Positions 1-9,489 of a stretch of 64,000 nucleotides of DNA are shown in pieces (the first letter of the stretch is position 1; the number at the start of each line of letters is the position of its first letter). The stretch comes from a virus: the IMG/VR virus record IMGVR_UViG_3300045988_096839. One strand, written 5' to 3'. Made by a program: the position numbers and the translations under genes. The notes under the pieces are model-generated. The model was not told where the DNA came from. It ran no database searches and saw nothing but the letters and a program-made list of their open reading frames with translations.

Positions 1-28
1 TGTTAAAAGTATGTTTCAGTATGTTGTA

Positions 29-556
29 TTATCTATCCAACTCGTATGCATTTATCTGAGCATTACCTCTAACTTTAGTATTCTCTAACTCTTCAGCTTT
101 AACAGCTTTCTCAAGAAAATCTACTGTTTGAAATACAGCTTTAACCTTTTCCATACCAGCTAGCAATACTTGAATCTTCTTTTCATCCAACTCTTCACTA
201 AGAGATTCTTCATAATATGTACTGATTGTATCGATTTTATTACGCATTGCTTCCAGCATCTTCAAATTACGAGTATTAGATAATTCTTTATATTCGTCTC
301 TACAAGCTTGTTCTTCTGGAGTAAGAGTATAATTAGAATCACCAAATATCTTAATCTTTAAAGTGTTCTCTCTTATTTCTTTAACCATACTTTTAACATA
401 TGGACTATTCCAGTAATCACAAAGTATAATAAAAGAAAGTACGTTATTCGCATGATTTTTATCTTTAGTAGATTCCCAATATTTTTTAAAAGGAGGTAAA
501 GCAAGCATATCAGCATGTATGGTTACTTTACCACCAAGTATATCAAACAGCTTCAT
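29..556 (-). CDS. hypothetical protein (175 aa)
   Basis: Intact ORF in a tightly packed minus-strand gene train with a TAA stop. Its ATG overlaps the stop of the upstream ORF by 1 nt. No motif recognised. Confidence 0.55.
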   Translation of the reverse strand: MKLFDILGGKVTIHADMLALPPFKKYWESTKDKNHANNVLSFIILCDYWNSPYVKSMVKEIRENTLKIKIFGDSNYTLTPEEQACRDEYKELSNTRNLKMLEAMRNKIDTISTYYEESLSEELDEKKIQVLLAGMEKVKAVFQTVDFLEKAVKAEELENTKVRGNAQINAYELDR

Positions 557-903
557 TATTTACAAACTTTTATACATGGATCTGAATAGCATTCACAATC
601 ACAACATTTTTCATTCTTTTCTCTTTCTTTGTCGATGTTTTCTTTTAGAGATTTATAGTAACTCTTCAACTGTTCATCTTTGATTACTAATGTTTCTCTA
701 TCATCAATATTACCATTATTACCGTACATTCTGATGATGATATCTCCAACATTAACATGAATATCATTCAACGTACCTTCTTCATCAGCTATCCACATAT
801 AATCAATGTTAGTACCAAAGCGATCTAACATTTTAATTTCATCATTTTCTTTATCAAACTTAATGAGATTGTATCCAGTTTTTGCATCAATATATGTTAT
901 CAT
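556..903 (-). CDS. hypothetical protein with Cys-rich C-terminus
   Basis: 115 aa ORF with a TAA stop. The C-terminal CCDCECYSDPCIKVC cluster suggests metal binding. No family recognised. Confidence 0.5.
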   Translation of the reverse strand: MITYIDAKTGYNLIKFDKENDEIKMLDRFGTNIDYMWIADEEGTLNDIHVNVGDIIIRMYGNNGNIDDRETLVIKDEQLKSYYKSLKENIDKEREKNEKCCDCECYSDPCIKVCK

Positions 904-1070
904 AGTTTCTTTATTCTAATGTTTCACAATACTTTTTATTATAATATTTTAATCTTTCTTCAGCTTCTTCCCAACTAACTTCTTGATCTCTGTAATTAGG
1001 ATACTGTCTATAATTGTATAAAATCCCTTGATAATATTTTATCAATTCGATTAGTTCTTGCTTATAATCT

Positions 1071-1397
1071 TCATTTGTCATTGTCTATATCTTTTTCTTC
1101 TATAGTAACACCTTTACCGTTATGGTAACCCCAACTTAAAAACATCGCATTACACAATACATGATCGATATGTGGAAGACCAGATTCTGGATCATTCATT
1201 TCACCTTTACTTATTGCTGTTAAATGTCTCAATAATGCCCCTTTATAACGATTCCAGAAATTAGGTAACTCTTGCCAGCTGTTATCAGAATATTTTTTTG
1301 CTCCAAAAGTAAGAATTTTAGCAACTGATTCAATGGTTGACATTGGCACTAATTCCATTCTAACTTTATCATTATCGTATTTCTTTGCTTCGTTCAT
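1071..1397 (-). CDS. dATP/dGTP pyrophosphohydrolase-like protein (DUF5664-type N-terminal domain)
   Basis: The pattern YDNDKVRMELVP ... FGAKKY ... NSW resembles the N-terminal domain family of phage dATP/dGTP diphosphohydrolases. Recognised from memory only; TGA stop. Confidence 0.4.
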   Translation of the reverse strand: MNEAKKYDNDKVRMELVPMSTIESVAKILTFGAKKYSDNSWQELPNFWNRYKGALLRHLTAISKGEMNDPESGLPHIDHVLCNAMFLSWGYHNGKGVTIEEKDIDNDK

Positions 1398-1677
1398 CTT
1401 TAATCTTTTTAAAATGTTCTAATACTGTAGAATACATGTCCTGCATTTGCTGTTTACGTTCATCGATATTATCTGTTTCAGACATATTATACATCTGCTT
1501 CATAATCATGTCAATGAAGTCTTGATATAATATCGTATCAGAGTTAATTAGTTCATCTACTAATTTAAACAGTTCTTCAGCTACTTCTGTTTTAGCTACT
1601 TTATCAAAACTGTCTTTCTCTAATTTCCATAATACTTTAGATTCTTCGTATGTCATATCAAAATAATCTTTTATCAA
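1372..1677 (-). CDS. hypothetical acidic protein (101 aa)
   Basis: Intact ORF overlapping the downstream gene by 26 nt, same strand, TAA stop. Confidence 0.45.
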   Translation of the reverse strand: MIKDYFDMTYEESKVLWKLEKDSFDKVAKTEVAEELFKLVDELINSDTILYQDFIDMIMKQMYNMSETDNIDERKQQMQDMYSTVLEHFKKIKDERSKEIR

Positions 1678-1794
1678 AGTAAGCTACCGTGAACATTATA
1701 TTCTGTTGTAATTGAAAATCGATTGGTATCGTCTTTAACCATTGAAACTGATATAAAGGCGCTAAACATTCTTCTATAAACTGTTGCATATAAT

Positions 1795-3120
1795 TTATTT
1801 TTTAGTAATATTATCAAATTCTTTCTTATCTACGCATTGTCCAAATTCTTTCCATGCTTTCCATTCATCTTTATGCATGTATAAATCTAGTCCATCTGAA
1901 GAAGTAATATGAAGTATATTGTTAGGCTCTTCAGATATTTGTTGCTTACTTTTCTTTATTTTAGATTCGCTTAAATCAAGCAATTCTGCTTTGAATGAAA
2001 GATGTGATTCATTTGATGTATTATTGGTTAATTTCAAATATTCTTCTCTACTAAGAGTACGAATTTCTCCTTCTTTAGGAGTTATTGTTACACTTTCTAT
2101 TGTATAAGAATCTTTATTCTTATCATGCAGAGAATGATAAGTAATCATATCACCATCATTTAAAAATGAACATTCTCCATCAAATGCATCATGATGAATT
2201 AATGAAAAATCATAATCTTTCTCAATATACAGCAAATCATATAGTTTATCAGCTAAGTAAGCAGCATCAGGATGTACTCCTGTAGCACCATATCTTGGAC
2301 TGCGTAATGCAAAGAATCCTTTCCAATCTGATTCAAAGCCTGTCATTACCAATGGAGAATGTATTGAAAATGGTAATATTTGTCTTGCTTGTTGTGGTTT
2401 ATATCCCATACTCACTAAATGCATATAATTAATTTCAGCATCAATAGAATTATATAAAAACGTTCTAGTAAATTCACTTGTTTTTATTGTTGCCATACCT
2501 TTATCTTTAATTTGTTTAGATATATCACCCCATACATAATTATCTACTTCCATTCGGTTATGTAATATAGTGTTATCTGGAATATCATCAACCCAAGTAG
2601 GAATCATAAAAGTAAGTTCATTACCGAATTTATCCTTGCTGTAATTACAGTATCTAGTAGATTCTCTAGCGAAACTAAATACACGATGCCTTAAGAAACT
2701 TTCTCCTGTTACTCTGTCGCAAGTCCATTTAACAGTAATACGCTTTTCATGATATTCAGTTGGTTCACAGATATATTGTAAATCATCTAACCAATTGTTT
2801 TCTACAAGTACGCGATAATTAGTAGTTACAGCCCAATACGGATCGATTCCAGGTGTTAATGTTATTATAGAATATTTATTCTTTTTATATTTATCACTTA
2901 ATTGTAAACCTGTTGGTAATTTCAAGTAAACAGTACCATGTTCAAGCATTGCTCCATGACCAGATTTAATCATTCTATCAACAAATGCTTTAGCACTATC
3001 TTCAGTAATCTTATCTTCAGATTTATAACAAGTACGACCAGCTAATTCTATTTGTTTATACATACCTTCTAATCCAGGTTGCTGTTCAATTATTTCTACA
3101 TTTGGTTTTATCAATTTCAT
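1795..3120 (-). CDS. thyX: FAD-dependent thymidylate synthase ThyX with about 140 aa C-terminal extension
   Basis: Contains the ThyX signature RHRxxSxxxxSxR (FLRHRVFSFARESTRYCNYS) plus conserved GHGAMLEHG near the N-terminus. At 441 aa it is longer than typical ThyX; TAA stop. Confidence 0.8.
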   Translation of the reverse strand: MKLIKPNVEIIEQQPGLEGMYKQIELAGRTCYKSEDKITEDSAKAFVDRMIKSGHGAMLEHGTVYLKLPTGLQLSDKYKKNKYSIITLTPGIDPYWAVTTNYRVLVENNWLDDLQYICEPTEYHEKRITVKWTCDRVTGESFLRHRVFSFARESTRYCNYSKDKFGNELTFMIPTWVDDIPDNTILHNRMEVDNYVWGDISKQIKDKGMATIKTSEFTRTFLYNSIDAEINYMHLVSMGYKPQQARQILPFSIHSPLVMTGFESDWKGFFALRSPRYGATGVHPDAAYLADKLYDLLYIEKDYDFSLIHHDAFDGECSFLNDGDMITYHSLHDKNKDSYTIESVTITPKEGEIRTLSREEYLKLTNNTSNESHLSFKAELLDLSESKIKKSKQQISEEPNNILHITSSDGLDLYMHKDEWKAWKEFGQCVDKKEFDNITKK

Positions 3121-3121
3121 C

Positions 3122-3403
3122 TTAATTATTTTTAATTTTGTTAGTTTTATCTTTTTCTAATTTTAAGTGTTCTATAAAATCTGAAATTACATTTTCCAAA
3201 TGTTGTAATTTATCTATAAAATCTTCTATTGTATCGTAATTTGCGATATGCAATTTTATTGTCTTACTACAATCACTTATTTTTAAAAACGTACTTCGAT
3301 AAGTATCACCTACAATATAATCTTTAACCATTCCATCAAATGCTACAACATTACTAGTAGATGGATTATTTTCTTTATTTAACCATATTTGTTTTTTATA
3401 CAT
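3122..3403 (-). CDS. hypothetical protein (93 aa)
   Basis: Intact ORF abutting thyX (1 nt gap), TAA stop. Confidence 0.45.
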   Translation of the reverse strand: MYKKQIWLNKENNPSTSNVVAFDGMVKDYIVGDTYRSTFLKISDCSKTIKLHIANYDTIEDFIDKLQHLENVISDFIEHLKLEKDKTNKIKNN

Positions 3404-3414
3404 AATAATATAAT

Positions 3415-3795
3415 TTAATTATCGTTTTCAACACCATCAGGTTGAGGCATTTCTTGAATTCTTATTGCTTTTATTGTACTCTTACCGTCAACTAAAGCTT
3501 TTACTATTCTATGCCAACCATCTGCAATATAACCGTGATCATCTAGTATAACAGGATAATCCAAATTAGCTGATTGTACTCTTTTAAAATGATTAGCTAT
3601 CTGTTTTACATTACTCAAGCTAGTCCATGGAGAATAACTTAAATCTATACCAGCTAAAGGTAAATCGAATATGGGGTATTCTTTTTCTTTACACCATTGA
3701 ATCAGATTAGATGCTGACCATATATTATTATCAGAGCGATATGTATTTTCAGCAAGACCCTGTGTCTGTAGTTCTACTATCGGTGGATTGTTCAT
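3415..3795 (-). CDS. ParB-like nuclease domain protein
   Basis: YPVILDDHGYIADGWHRIVKALVDG matches the ParB N-terminal domain DGxHR core. TAA stop. Confidence 0.5.
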   Translation of the reverse strand: MNNPPIVELQTQGLAENTYRSDNNIWSASNLIQWCKEKEYPIFDLPLAGIDLSYSPWTSLSNVKQIANHFKRVQSANLDYPVILDDHGYIADGWHRIVKALVDGKSTIKAIRIQEMPQPDGVENDN

Positions 3796-4234
3796 TTTCT
3801 TCTTTATTGTTTTTAAAGATTACTATCATACTTGGAAAAGGAGCTGGATAAAAAGCTTCACCATTTAAAGAAAATTTTAGTCTTCCTTTTATAAATCTTA
3901 TTTCAGCTTTACCGTATACAAATTTATGAAAATATCTTGTATCGGTTCTAGCCGGAATTAACATTACTACAGTAGCCCCGTTTTTTGCTTCATTACTGCA
4001 TTTTTCAACCCATTGACTTATTTCCTTACCATAAGGAGGATTACAAAATACTATTTCATTTTCCCACGACTTACTTAAACCGTCATCTTCTTTAGTATAG
4101 AATTTTTCACATTTTGCAGTCTCTTTAGTACAGCATGGATCTAAAGTAAAATGAAATTCTGCATTTAATTTATCAAACAGTTTTTGTGGAGTTTCCCACT
4201 CCATTTTTTGCGATGATAGAAGAGCTTTGTTCAT
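3749..4234 (-). CDS. phage Dam-type DNA N6-adenine methyltransferase
   Basis: MEWETPQKLFDKLNAEFHFTLDPC ... FCNPPYG (motif IV NPPY) is the typical pattern of the phage N-6-adenine methyltransferase family. TGA stop. Confidence 0.8.
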   Translation of the reverse strand: MNKALLSSQKMEWETPQKLFDKLNAEFHFTLDPCCTKETAKCEKFYTKEDDGLSKSWENEIVFCNPPYGKEISQWVEKCSNEAKNGATVVMLIPARTDTRYFHKFVYGKAEIRFIKGRLKFSLNGEAFYPAPFPSMIVIFKNNKEENEQSTDSRTTDTGSC

Positions 4235-4421
4235 ACTTTTTCTTTAATTTAAATTTAAATAAGTAAGCAAACATAATAGATTTTAAATTATCATCATCTG
4301 CTATTTTTTCTTTTGCAAATTTAAATGGACTATTACAAATAACCTCTATTACTGGTATCGGTAAATTATATTTCTTAGCAAGAACTGAATATATGTTATT
4401 TTGCTTTTGCAACATCGTCAC
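4173..4421 (-). CDS. hypothetical protein (82 aa)
   Basis: ORF in the gene train overlapping both neighbours. No motif recognised. Confidence 0.35.
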   Translation of the reverse strand: MTMLQKQNNIYSVLAKKYNLPIPVIEVICNSPFKFAKEKIADDDNLKSIMFAYLFKFKLKKKYEQSSSIIAKNGVGNSTKTV

Positions 4422-4824
4422 TTATATTTATATCTTGAAAAGGTTCTTGTTCCAAATATACTTTCTTATAATTAGTATTATTTCTAAGATTATCCAGATT
4501 TGTAGCATCTACTGAATCAGGTCTAACAATATTAATTGCTATTAGATAATCTTCTATACTTTCACAAGACTTTATCAAGCTTCTTAATAATACTATTTCT
4601 TTTCTAGTATAAGGTTTGATAGGTATAAATAAATGATAGTCATATTTGAACTTATTCATTTTAGTTATTCCTATACAGCTCTCCTTAGTAAGGAGAAATA
4701 AGGAATTATAAGGTTTTCTTCCTTTCTTAAATAACCATAAGAATCTTTTCCATAAACTGTATTTCTTTACTACAATTAAAGATCCTGCTGGATATTTCTT
4801 ATATGATTTTAAATATCTTCCCAT
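4396..4824 (-). CDS. hypothetical protein (142 aa)
   Basis: Intact ORF on the same strand, abutting the next gene. Confidence 0.4.
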   Translation of the reverse strand: MGRYLKSYKKYPAGSLIVVKKYSLWKRFLWLFKKGRKPYNSLFLLTKESCIGITKMNKFKYDYHLFIPIKPYTRKEIVLLRSLIKSCESIEDYLIAINIVRPDSVDATNLDNLRNNTNYKKVYLEQEPFQDINISDDVAKAK

Positions 4825-5186
4825 TATATCTTGAATATTAAAGTAAGTTGTACTCTATCTTTTATTATCTCTGGTATCAAAGCTTTATTTACAAAAAGCT
4901 CATCATCTGCTTTTCCTTTTACTAAGATACCTTTTTCTTTAAATTTTGTTATATATCGGCTTAAATTATCAGGTGTTATACCCAATTCTTGCTTGATAAT
5001 CTTTCTATTTTTAGTAGAGCATACATTTTTACTTTCTCCGGAAGTTGGATCATATTTCATATCCAACTCCACTAGTTTAGAAAGTAATTCTAGTTCTCTA
5101 TCTGTTATATCAAGTATGCCGTTAAGAGATTTTAAAAATTCATAGATTAAAGTATCTTTAGTAACAGTCTTTACTAATTTATTCAT
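4824..5186 (-). CDS. putative winged-helix DNA-binding protein
   Basis: GITPDNLSRYITKFKEKGILVK resembles a wHTH recognition helix and wing. This is a weak call. Confidence 0.35.
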   Translation of the reverse strand: MNKLVKTVTKDTLIYEFLKSLNGILDITDRELELLSKLVELDMKYDPTSGESKNVCSTKNRKIIKQELGITPDNLSRYITKFKEKGILVKGKADDELFVNKALIPEIIKDRVQLTLIFKI

Positions 5187-5586
5187 TAATCTTGTTTTTA
5201 ATACTATTTAAAACTTTAACCATGTTATAATATACTGTTTCAGCTTCAACTTTTACACATGGCTGTACATCACCGTTATGGAAGCTTTCAATCATATCTT
5301 TATAACTATTTTCATACGTATTAATCAATTCATCTACGTAATCTGCGATATCGTTTACTTTCTGTTCATATATATCAGATGTTTCTTCTTTAACTTCTAT
5401 CATGAGTCCTTTTTCTACGAATTCGTCAATTACGTCTTGTGACATTTCCATTTGCACTTTTGATATTGATGCTCCGTTTTTATGTTCATCAGTACGATCC
5501 ATAGAGTATATACCATCTTCGTTTAATTCAAAAATATCACCCTTTTTTGCTATACCAAACGATTTAATTACTTTATAAGTTCTCAT
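5179..5586 (-). CDS. hypothetical acidic protein (135 aa)
   Basis: Intact ORF overlapping the downstream gene by 8 nt. Confidence 0.45.
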   Translation of the reverse strand: MRTYKVIKSFGIAKKGDIFELNEDGIYSMDRTDEHKNGASISKVQMEMSQDVIDEFVEKGLMIEVKEETSDIYEQKVNDIADYVDELINTYENSYKDMIESFHNGDVQPCVKVEAETVYYNMVKVLNSIKNKINE

Positions 5587-5753
5587 CTTTATATCTATTT
5601 TTAAAATTGTTTTTCTTTTTATTATTACCGTAATTATTGCATTTATACGCTATATATAAAACAATAAACGCTATTACTAATATTTCCATGTATAATAAAA
5701 CGCATATTTTGAGTGTTGTTAATATTTTTAACACTTTTTAATATCTAATAAAA

Positions 5754-5776
5754 AAGCCCCGCTAAAAACGAGGCTT
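5754..5776 (-). terminator. putative intrinsic terminator of the GroES-like gene
   Basis: AAGCC...GGCTT hairpin. On the minus strand it is followed by a T-run (plus-strand AATAAAAAA at 5746-5753), 27 nt downstream of the 5803 stop. Confidence 0.45.
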
Positions 5777-5802
5777 AATTATATAGTAATATGACTATTA
5801 AA

Positions 5803-6156
5803 TTATTTCTTTTCGATAGCAATGATATCGTACGATTTTACTAATTTCGAGTCTTTGAATAAATCGAATTCTTTTGCAAACTTCTTAGGATACACCACGA
5901 TATTACCACAAGTAATGCTACCATCATATACAGTAGGAATAGCAATAACAATACCCTTTTCAAAATCGGATTCTTCTTCCTTAACAACTTCTTTTGTATC
6001 GTATAGATTATTTCCTTCTTCATCTTTCTTACCATTAGGTACTTGTTCAGTATACTTTCTCTTAATCATTGTAGGTTCTAATGGCTTAACTAAGAAGTCT
6101 TTCTCAAAAGTAAACTTGACACTATTTACTACTGTTTCTAATACTTTATCTTCCAT
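5803..6156 (-). CDS. GroES / gp31-like co-chaperonin
   Basis: FLVKPLEP, KGIVIAIP, GNIVVY and the C-terminal SYDIIAIE align by eye with the GroES blocks (IRPL..RVIVK, RGEVLAVG, GDIVIF, ESDILAIVE). Confidence 0.45.
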   Translation of the reverse strand: MEDKVLETVVNSVKFTFEKDFLVKPLEPTMIKRKYTEQVPNGKKDEEGNNLYDTKEVVKEEESDFEKGIVIAIPTVYDGSITCGNIVVYPKKFAKEFDLFKDSKLVKSYDIIAIEKK

Positions 6157-6164
6157 ATTCTAAA

Positions 6165-6395
6165 TTATTTTTCGTGAGGGAAACGACGCATGAATATTTT
6201 ATGTTCTTTTGTACAAATTTGGGTTTTTCCTAAAGCTGCACAATCCATTCTATCATAGAATGCACATCCTTGACAACCGCCTCTATTTATTTCATCTTCT
6301 AAAGTATATTCTTTACCGTGAAATTTATATATCTTCTTACCATCCTTCGTTTCTGAAACAGGATAATAACTCAGACCATTTTCATTCTTATTCAT
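6165..6395 (-). CDS. small Cys-rich protein (76 aa)
   Basis: Intact ORF. GGCQGCAFYDRMDCAALGKTQIC suggests a metal-binding fold. Confidence 0.4.
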   Translation of the reverse strand: MNKNENGLSYYPVSETKDGKKIYKFHGKEYTLEDEINRGGCQGCAFYDRMDCAALGKTQICTKEHKIFMRRFPHEK

Positions 6396-6563
6396 AATTA
6401 TAAAATTTTGAGGGTTAACAATATTGTTAATAACTACTTTTTATAATACCCCCAGAAGTAGTTGAAACTGTGCTAGCCTACGATCTAGACCATCATTAGC
6501 TGTATTAATCAGTACATATCGTATCTTAAAAGATCTCAGTCTGTATTTTATCTGATTAGTGAC

Positions 6564-6788
6564 TTAGGCGTCTTCGTTCCGCGGATCCTTACGGCTTGTA
6601 TCTCCATTAATATTTTTATTTGCGTCATTGTATCCTCGTTTGTATCCAATGTATCCGATAAGTAAACCAGAAACTATGAATAAAATCATAAATAATTTAT
6701 CCTGTGTACTCATACCATTAGATATCAAATTGTATCCAAATCCGAATAATACGATTATTCTACAAATCCAAATAATTATTTTTTCCAT
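6564..6788 (-). CDS. small membrane protein (74 aa, two hydrophobic helices)
   Basis: Hydrophobic segments IIIWICRIIVLFGFGY and FMILFIVSGLLIGYIGY. Confidence 0.4.
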   Translation of the reverse strand: MEKIIIWICRIIVLFGFGYNLISNGMSTQDKLFMILFIVSGLLIGYIGYKRGYNDANKNINGDTSRKDPRNEDA

Positions 6789-7021
6789 AATTCTTCTTGT
6801 CTATACTTAAGTAAGTCATCATATAATTGTAAATATAATTCATCAGATAATTTGTATTCTATTTCATCTCTTACTATTACTCTGGAATTACAATCATCTA
6901 AGATTATTTTACTATTTCTATCAGGTCCTTTTTCAAAGAAGTCTTTTTCGTATTGTTTAGCTATCCATAAACAATTACCATATTGTTGATCTTCTTTACT
7001 TTTTATTTTATAATAATTCAT
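6776..7021 (-). CDS. hypothetical protein (81 aa), first gene of the minus-strand train
   Basis: Intact ORF directly downstream of the strand-switch region. Confidence 0.4.
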   Translation of the reverse strand: MNYYKIKSKEDQQYGNCLWIAKQYEKDFFEKGPDRNSKIILDDCNSRVIVRDEIEYKLSDELYLQLYDDLLKYRQEELWKK

Positions 7022-7372
7022 ATTATTGTTTCTTAATAAATTCTGTTATCTTAAGTATAGCCATCTACATAACAATTAATATAATTATTATTAATAGTAA
7101 TTCTTTCATAGTATTATTGTATTAGTATTAATACTAACGTATAATAATATTATTTTGTTTCTATCTGTATTAATTATTTAACAAATATTAGTATAGTTTA
7201 TTTTTATTTATATTGCGGTTTTTAACAAAAATTATATAAAAATTTTTAATGAGAAAATTTTTGTGAGTGTGGACCTGTCCCCATTCAAGTCCCCCTTAGC
7301 TGCGTTAGGCTGGCAAGCCCCCCTAACTTGCTAACCTTTAAATAAAATATTAACTCATAAATTCGTTATATT
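7022..7372. promoter_or_regulatory. strand-switch intergenic region, probable divergent promoters
   Basis: Minus-strand genes start at 7021 and plus-strand genes at 7373. The first 240 nt or so are extremely A+T-rich and include a perfect 14-nt palindrome, TAGTATTAATACTA (7123-7136). The last 110 nt or so are abruptly GC-rich. Confidence 0.35.
7296..7334 (+). promoter_or_regulatory. GC-rich leader hairpin upstream of the 7373 gene
   Basis: TTAGC-TGC-GTTAGG [12-nt loop] CCTAAC-TT-GCTAA gives 11 bp with one internal loop. It is flanked by C-tracts (CCCC, CCCCC, CCCCCC). Confidence 0.4.
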
Positions 7373-7954
7373 ATGGCAAAACAAAGTTTTCAAATGCTTT
7401 ATGCCTTAAAAGCGACTGTTCGTCGTTTTGAAGGCAGTAATCCGACTGTCGCCATTATTGTCGGATATAAAGACGCGAAATCAGGAAATCGCGTCTATAG
7501 AGGTCTTGACGACCCATGGGTTAAAGCTATCATCGAAGCAGTCAATGATGACGCTATAACCGCTGAATCTCTTGCTGACGCAGAAGATAGATTCGAGATC
7601 GAACTGGATGCACCAGTCGAACTCGAAAGTGGAAGACTTTTTAGTCAAAAAGTTCCACCGCTCTACCAATACTTCACTGTTAATGAACAGGAAGTACGTA
7701 GAAGAGTTGACACCGTTACAGGTGTACTAATTGAATCGTCTGGTCTTACAATCGACGATATGGTGCGTAGAACAATGACTTTCCGTCTCACAGCGCTCGA
7801 CGAAAACGGACAACACCGTTACGGTGTTCCGAAACGTAAATCCATACAACTACAGTTGTTGGCTTACTGGGACGGTGAAGTCACTCGTGACTTCGACGGA
7901 GAACTCACAGCTCTCGCTGACGAGTTCGACAAGGAAGATGAAGAGGAGCAATAA
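7373..7954 (+). CDS. acidic hypothetical protein (193 aa) in a compositionally foreign cassette
   Basis: Intact ORF with a TAA stop. It is visibly GC-richer than all neighbours and uses CGT/CGC Arg and GTC/GCC/GAC codons that are rare elsewhere in the window. It has an acidic C-terminal tail, DEFDKEDEEEQ. Confidence 0.7.
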   Translation: MAKQSFQMLYALKATVRRFEGSNPTVAIIVGYKDAKSGNRVYRGLDDPWVKAIIEAVNDDAITAESLADAEDRFEIELDAPVELESGRLFSQKVPPLYQYFTVNEQEVRRRVDTVTGVLIESSGLTIDDMVRRTMTFRLTALDENGQHRYGVPKRKSIQLQLLAYWDGEVTRDFDGELTALADEFDKEDEEEQ

Positions 7955-7978
7955 AGCTCCTCTCATCATCCTTTTTTT
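7943..7978 (+). terminator. intrinsic terminator of the 7373 gene
   Basis: GAGGAGC-aataaa-GCTCCTC hairpin spanning the stop codon, followed by a T7 run at 7972-7978. Confidence 0.55.
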
Positions 7979-8938
7979 AAAAACATTTGAAAACCTCAAT
8001 ATATAATATATAGCCTATGCGTAAATATAATATTGGTATATGTTTAATTGCTTTAATAACTATGCTATATTTAGGAACAAATCCTTTAATTGCTACAGTA
8101 ACAAGCATTATAATATATATTATAAATAAGTTTCCAGATAAACAAAAATAAAAGGTAATCGAATCACTTATTAAAGATTCGAACTTATTTTTAGTTATAC
8201 TATTTAGGTCATACCAACATAAAAAATATTTGGTATGACCACATTTAATGAGTCCACAGCTCAAACAAAAAAAAACTAATAACTTTCCAAGTTGTTGAGG
8301 ACACCAGTTTCTTATATTTTTAATTCCCCTTAAATTCTGTTTATAAATATAATCATAACCATAACAGCCATGAATACAGATAATAAGGTCGCAATAGCGT
8401 AATTAGAAATTAAAACTCAATATAAGTTTTAGGTGTAAAACACGTGTTTAAAAAATAACCACAACCTAAAGATGATCACTTTACGAGTGAAAAGCTTGAG
8501 AATATATGGATTACATTTGGATGCCAAATATATTCAACATAGTATAATAAGCCTAATCAGCTTTGCGGTTATTATTATTTTTTATTTTTATATTTTATAA
8601 ATCTTTACTTAAAGTAAACGTACAGTCGCACGTTAGTGGATTACAGTTCGTATTCTTATCAAGAATATTGTATTACCGAAAACTGGGGTTATGTGATAAA
8701 TGCGTAGGTTCCGTACACATAGAAAAGCAACTAATCGAAAGTAAGCATAGAGAATTATATAATAGTAATTGTTACCATTCAAGTAATGTTACTACCACAT
8801 GATTTTGTGGTGCTTAACAGTATAACACTAACTGAACAATAAGTGTTAAAACTTTTAAACAAAAATCAAGAGAAGCATTAATAGCATAACCAAGAATATA
8901 TTATACTAAAGTATAGATATAAATGCGCTTGATTTTAT

Positions 8939-9024
8939 GCTCGAATGGCGAAATAGGTAGACGCGTCAGACTTAAAATCTGATGAGCAGTAATGTTCGTG
9001 CGGGTTCAACTCCCGCTTCGAGTA
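8939..9024 (+). tRNA. tRNA-Leu (anticodon TAA)
   Basis: Full class II cloverleaf: acceptor GCTCGAA/TTCGAGT; D arm GGCGAAATAGGTAGACGC, as in bacterial tRNA-Leu; anticodon arm TCAGA-CTTAAAA-TCTGA; long variable arm; T arm GCGGG-TTCAACT-CCCGC. Confidence 0.85.
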
Positions 9025-9119
9025 CAATTCTAAATCCATACTTATAGCAAATAACACCATCTGTGAAGATCGTGTTATTTATATAATTATCTCTACACTG
9101 TGTGAATCAGTGTCAACTT

Positions 9120-9241
9120 TGTGGGGCTTATATCTAAAGAGCGCACTTAAATGGAGCTATTATCAATAGAAGGAACGTTAGTTGCAAATAACAAACCGGA
9201 AATTCTTTTTAGTTAAGTTTAAGCTTTAGTATTAGTGCAGA
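9120..9241 (+). repeat. module 1 of a repeated non-coding element family
   Basis: Starts with TGTGGGGCTTATATCTAA and ends with ATTAGTGCAGA, sharing both ends with the element at 9391-9489. Confidence 0.4.
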
Positions 9242-9390
9242 GTAATATCAAAGACAGAGTATATACCTGTAATTATACTCAAGTAAACTACTAACTACAG
9301 GACTGGTCATCCTGGTACAGGGAAGGCAGACCAGAGAGAGGTTTCGGAAGTAGTACCTCTCTCGCTCTTTATGGTGAGAATCCATAACAA

Positions 9391-9489
9391 GCATGTGGGG
9401 CTTATGTCTAATCAGATCAGAGGGCATTATTAATGTCGTTTGATGGTAGGTGGAGGAGATTAGCATTAGTGCAGACGTTAAAATCATGC
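9391..9489 (+). repeat. module 2 of the repeated non-coding element family
   Basis: GCATGTGGGGCTTATGTCTAA ... ATTAGTGCAGACGTTAAAATCATGC. The terminal GCATG/CATGC can pair. Confidence 0.45.

Noticed and set aside
4831-6163. The plus-strand ORFs 4831..5145 and 5822..6163, and the minus-strand ORF 5841..6035, overlap the minus-strand genes.
   Set aside because: They are antisense or alternative-frame shadows of better ORFs, have Ser/Leu/Phe/Ile-rich low-complexity translations, and break the gene train.
8970-8990. A CTGATGAG hammerhead-ribozyme-like core occurs here.
   Set aside because: It lies in the anticodon-stem/variable-arm junction of a perfectly canonical tRNA-Leu, and no matching GAAA or helix III context exists.
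8563-9487. The ORFs 8563..8802 (TTG start) and 9248..9487 lie in the first non-coding stretch.
   Set aside because: Their translations look random, the starts are non-ATG or lack context, and 9248..9487 runs antisense through the repeated non-coding modules and GC-rich hairpins.
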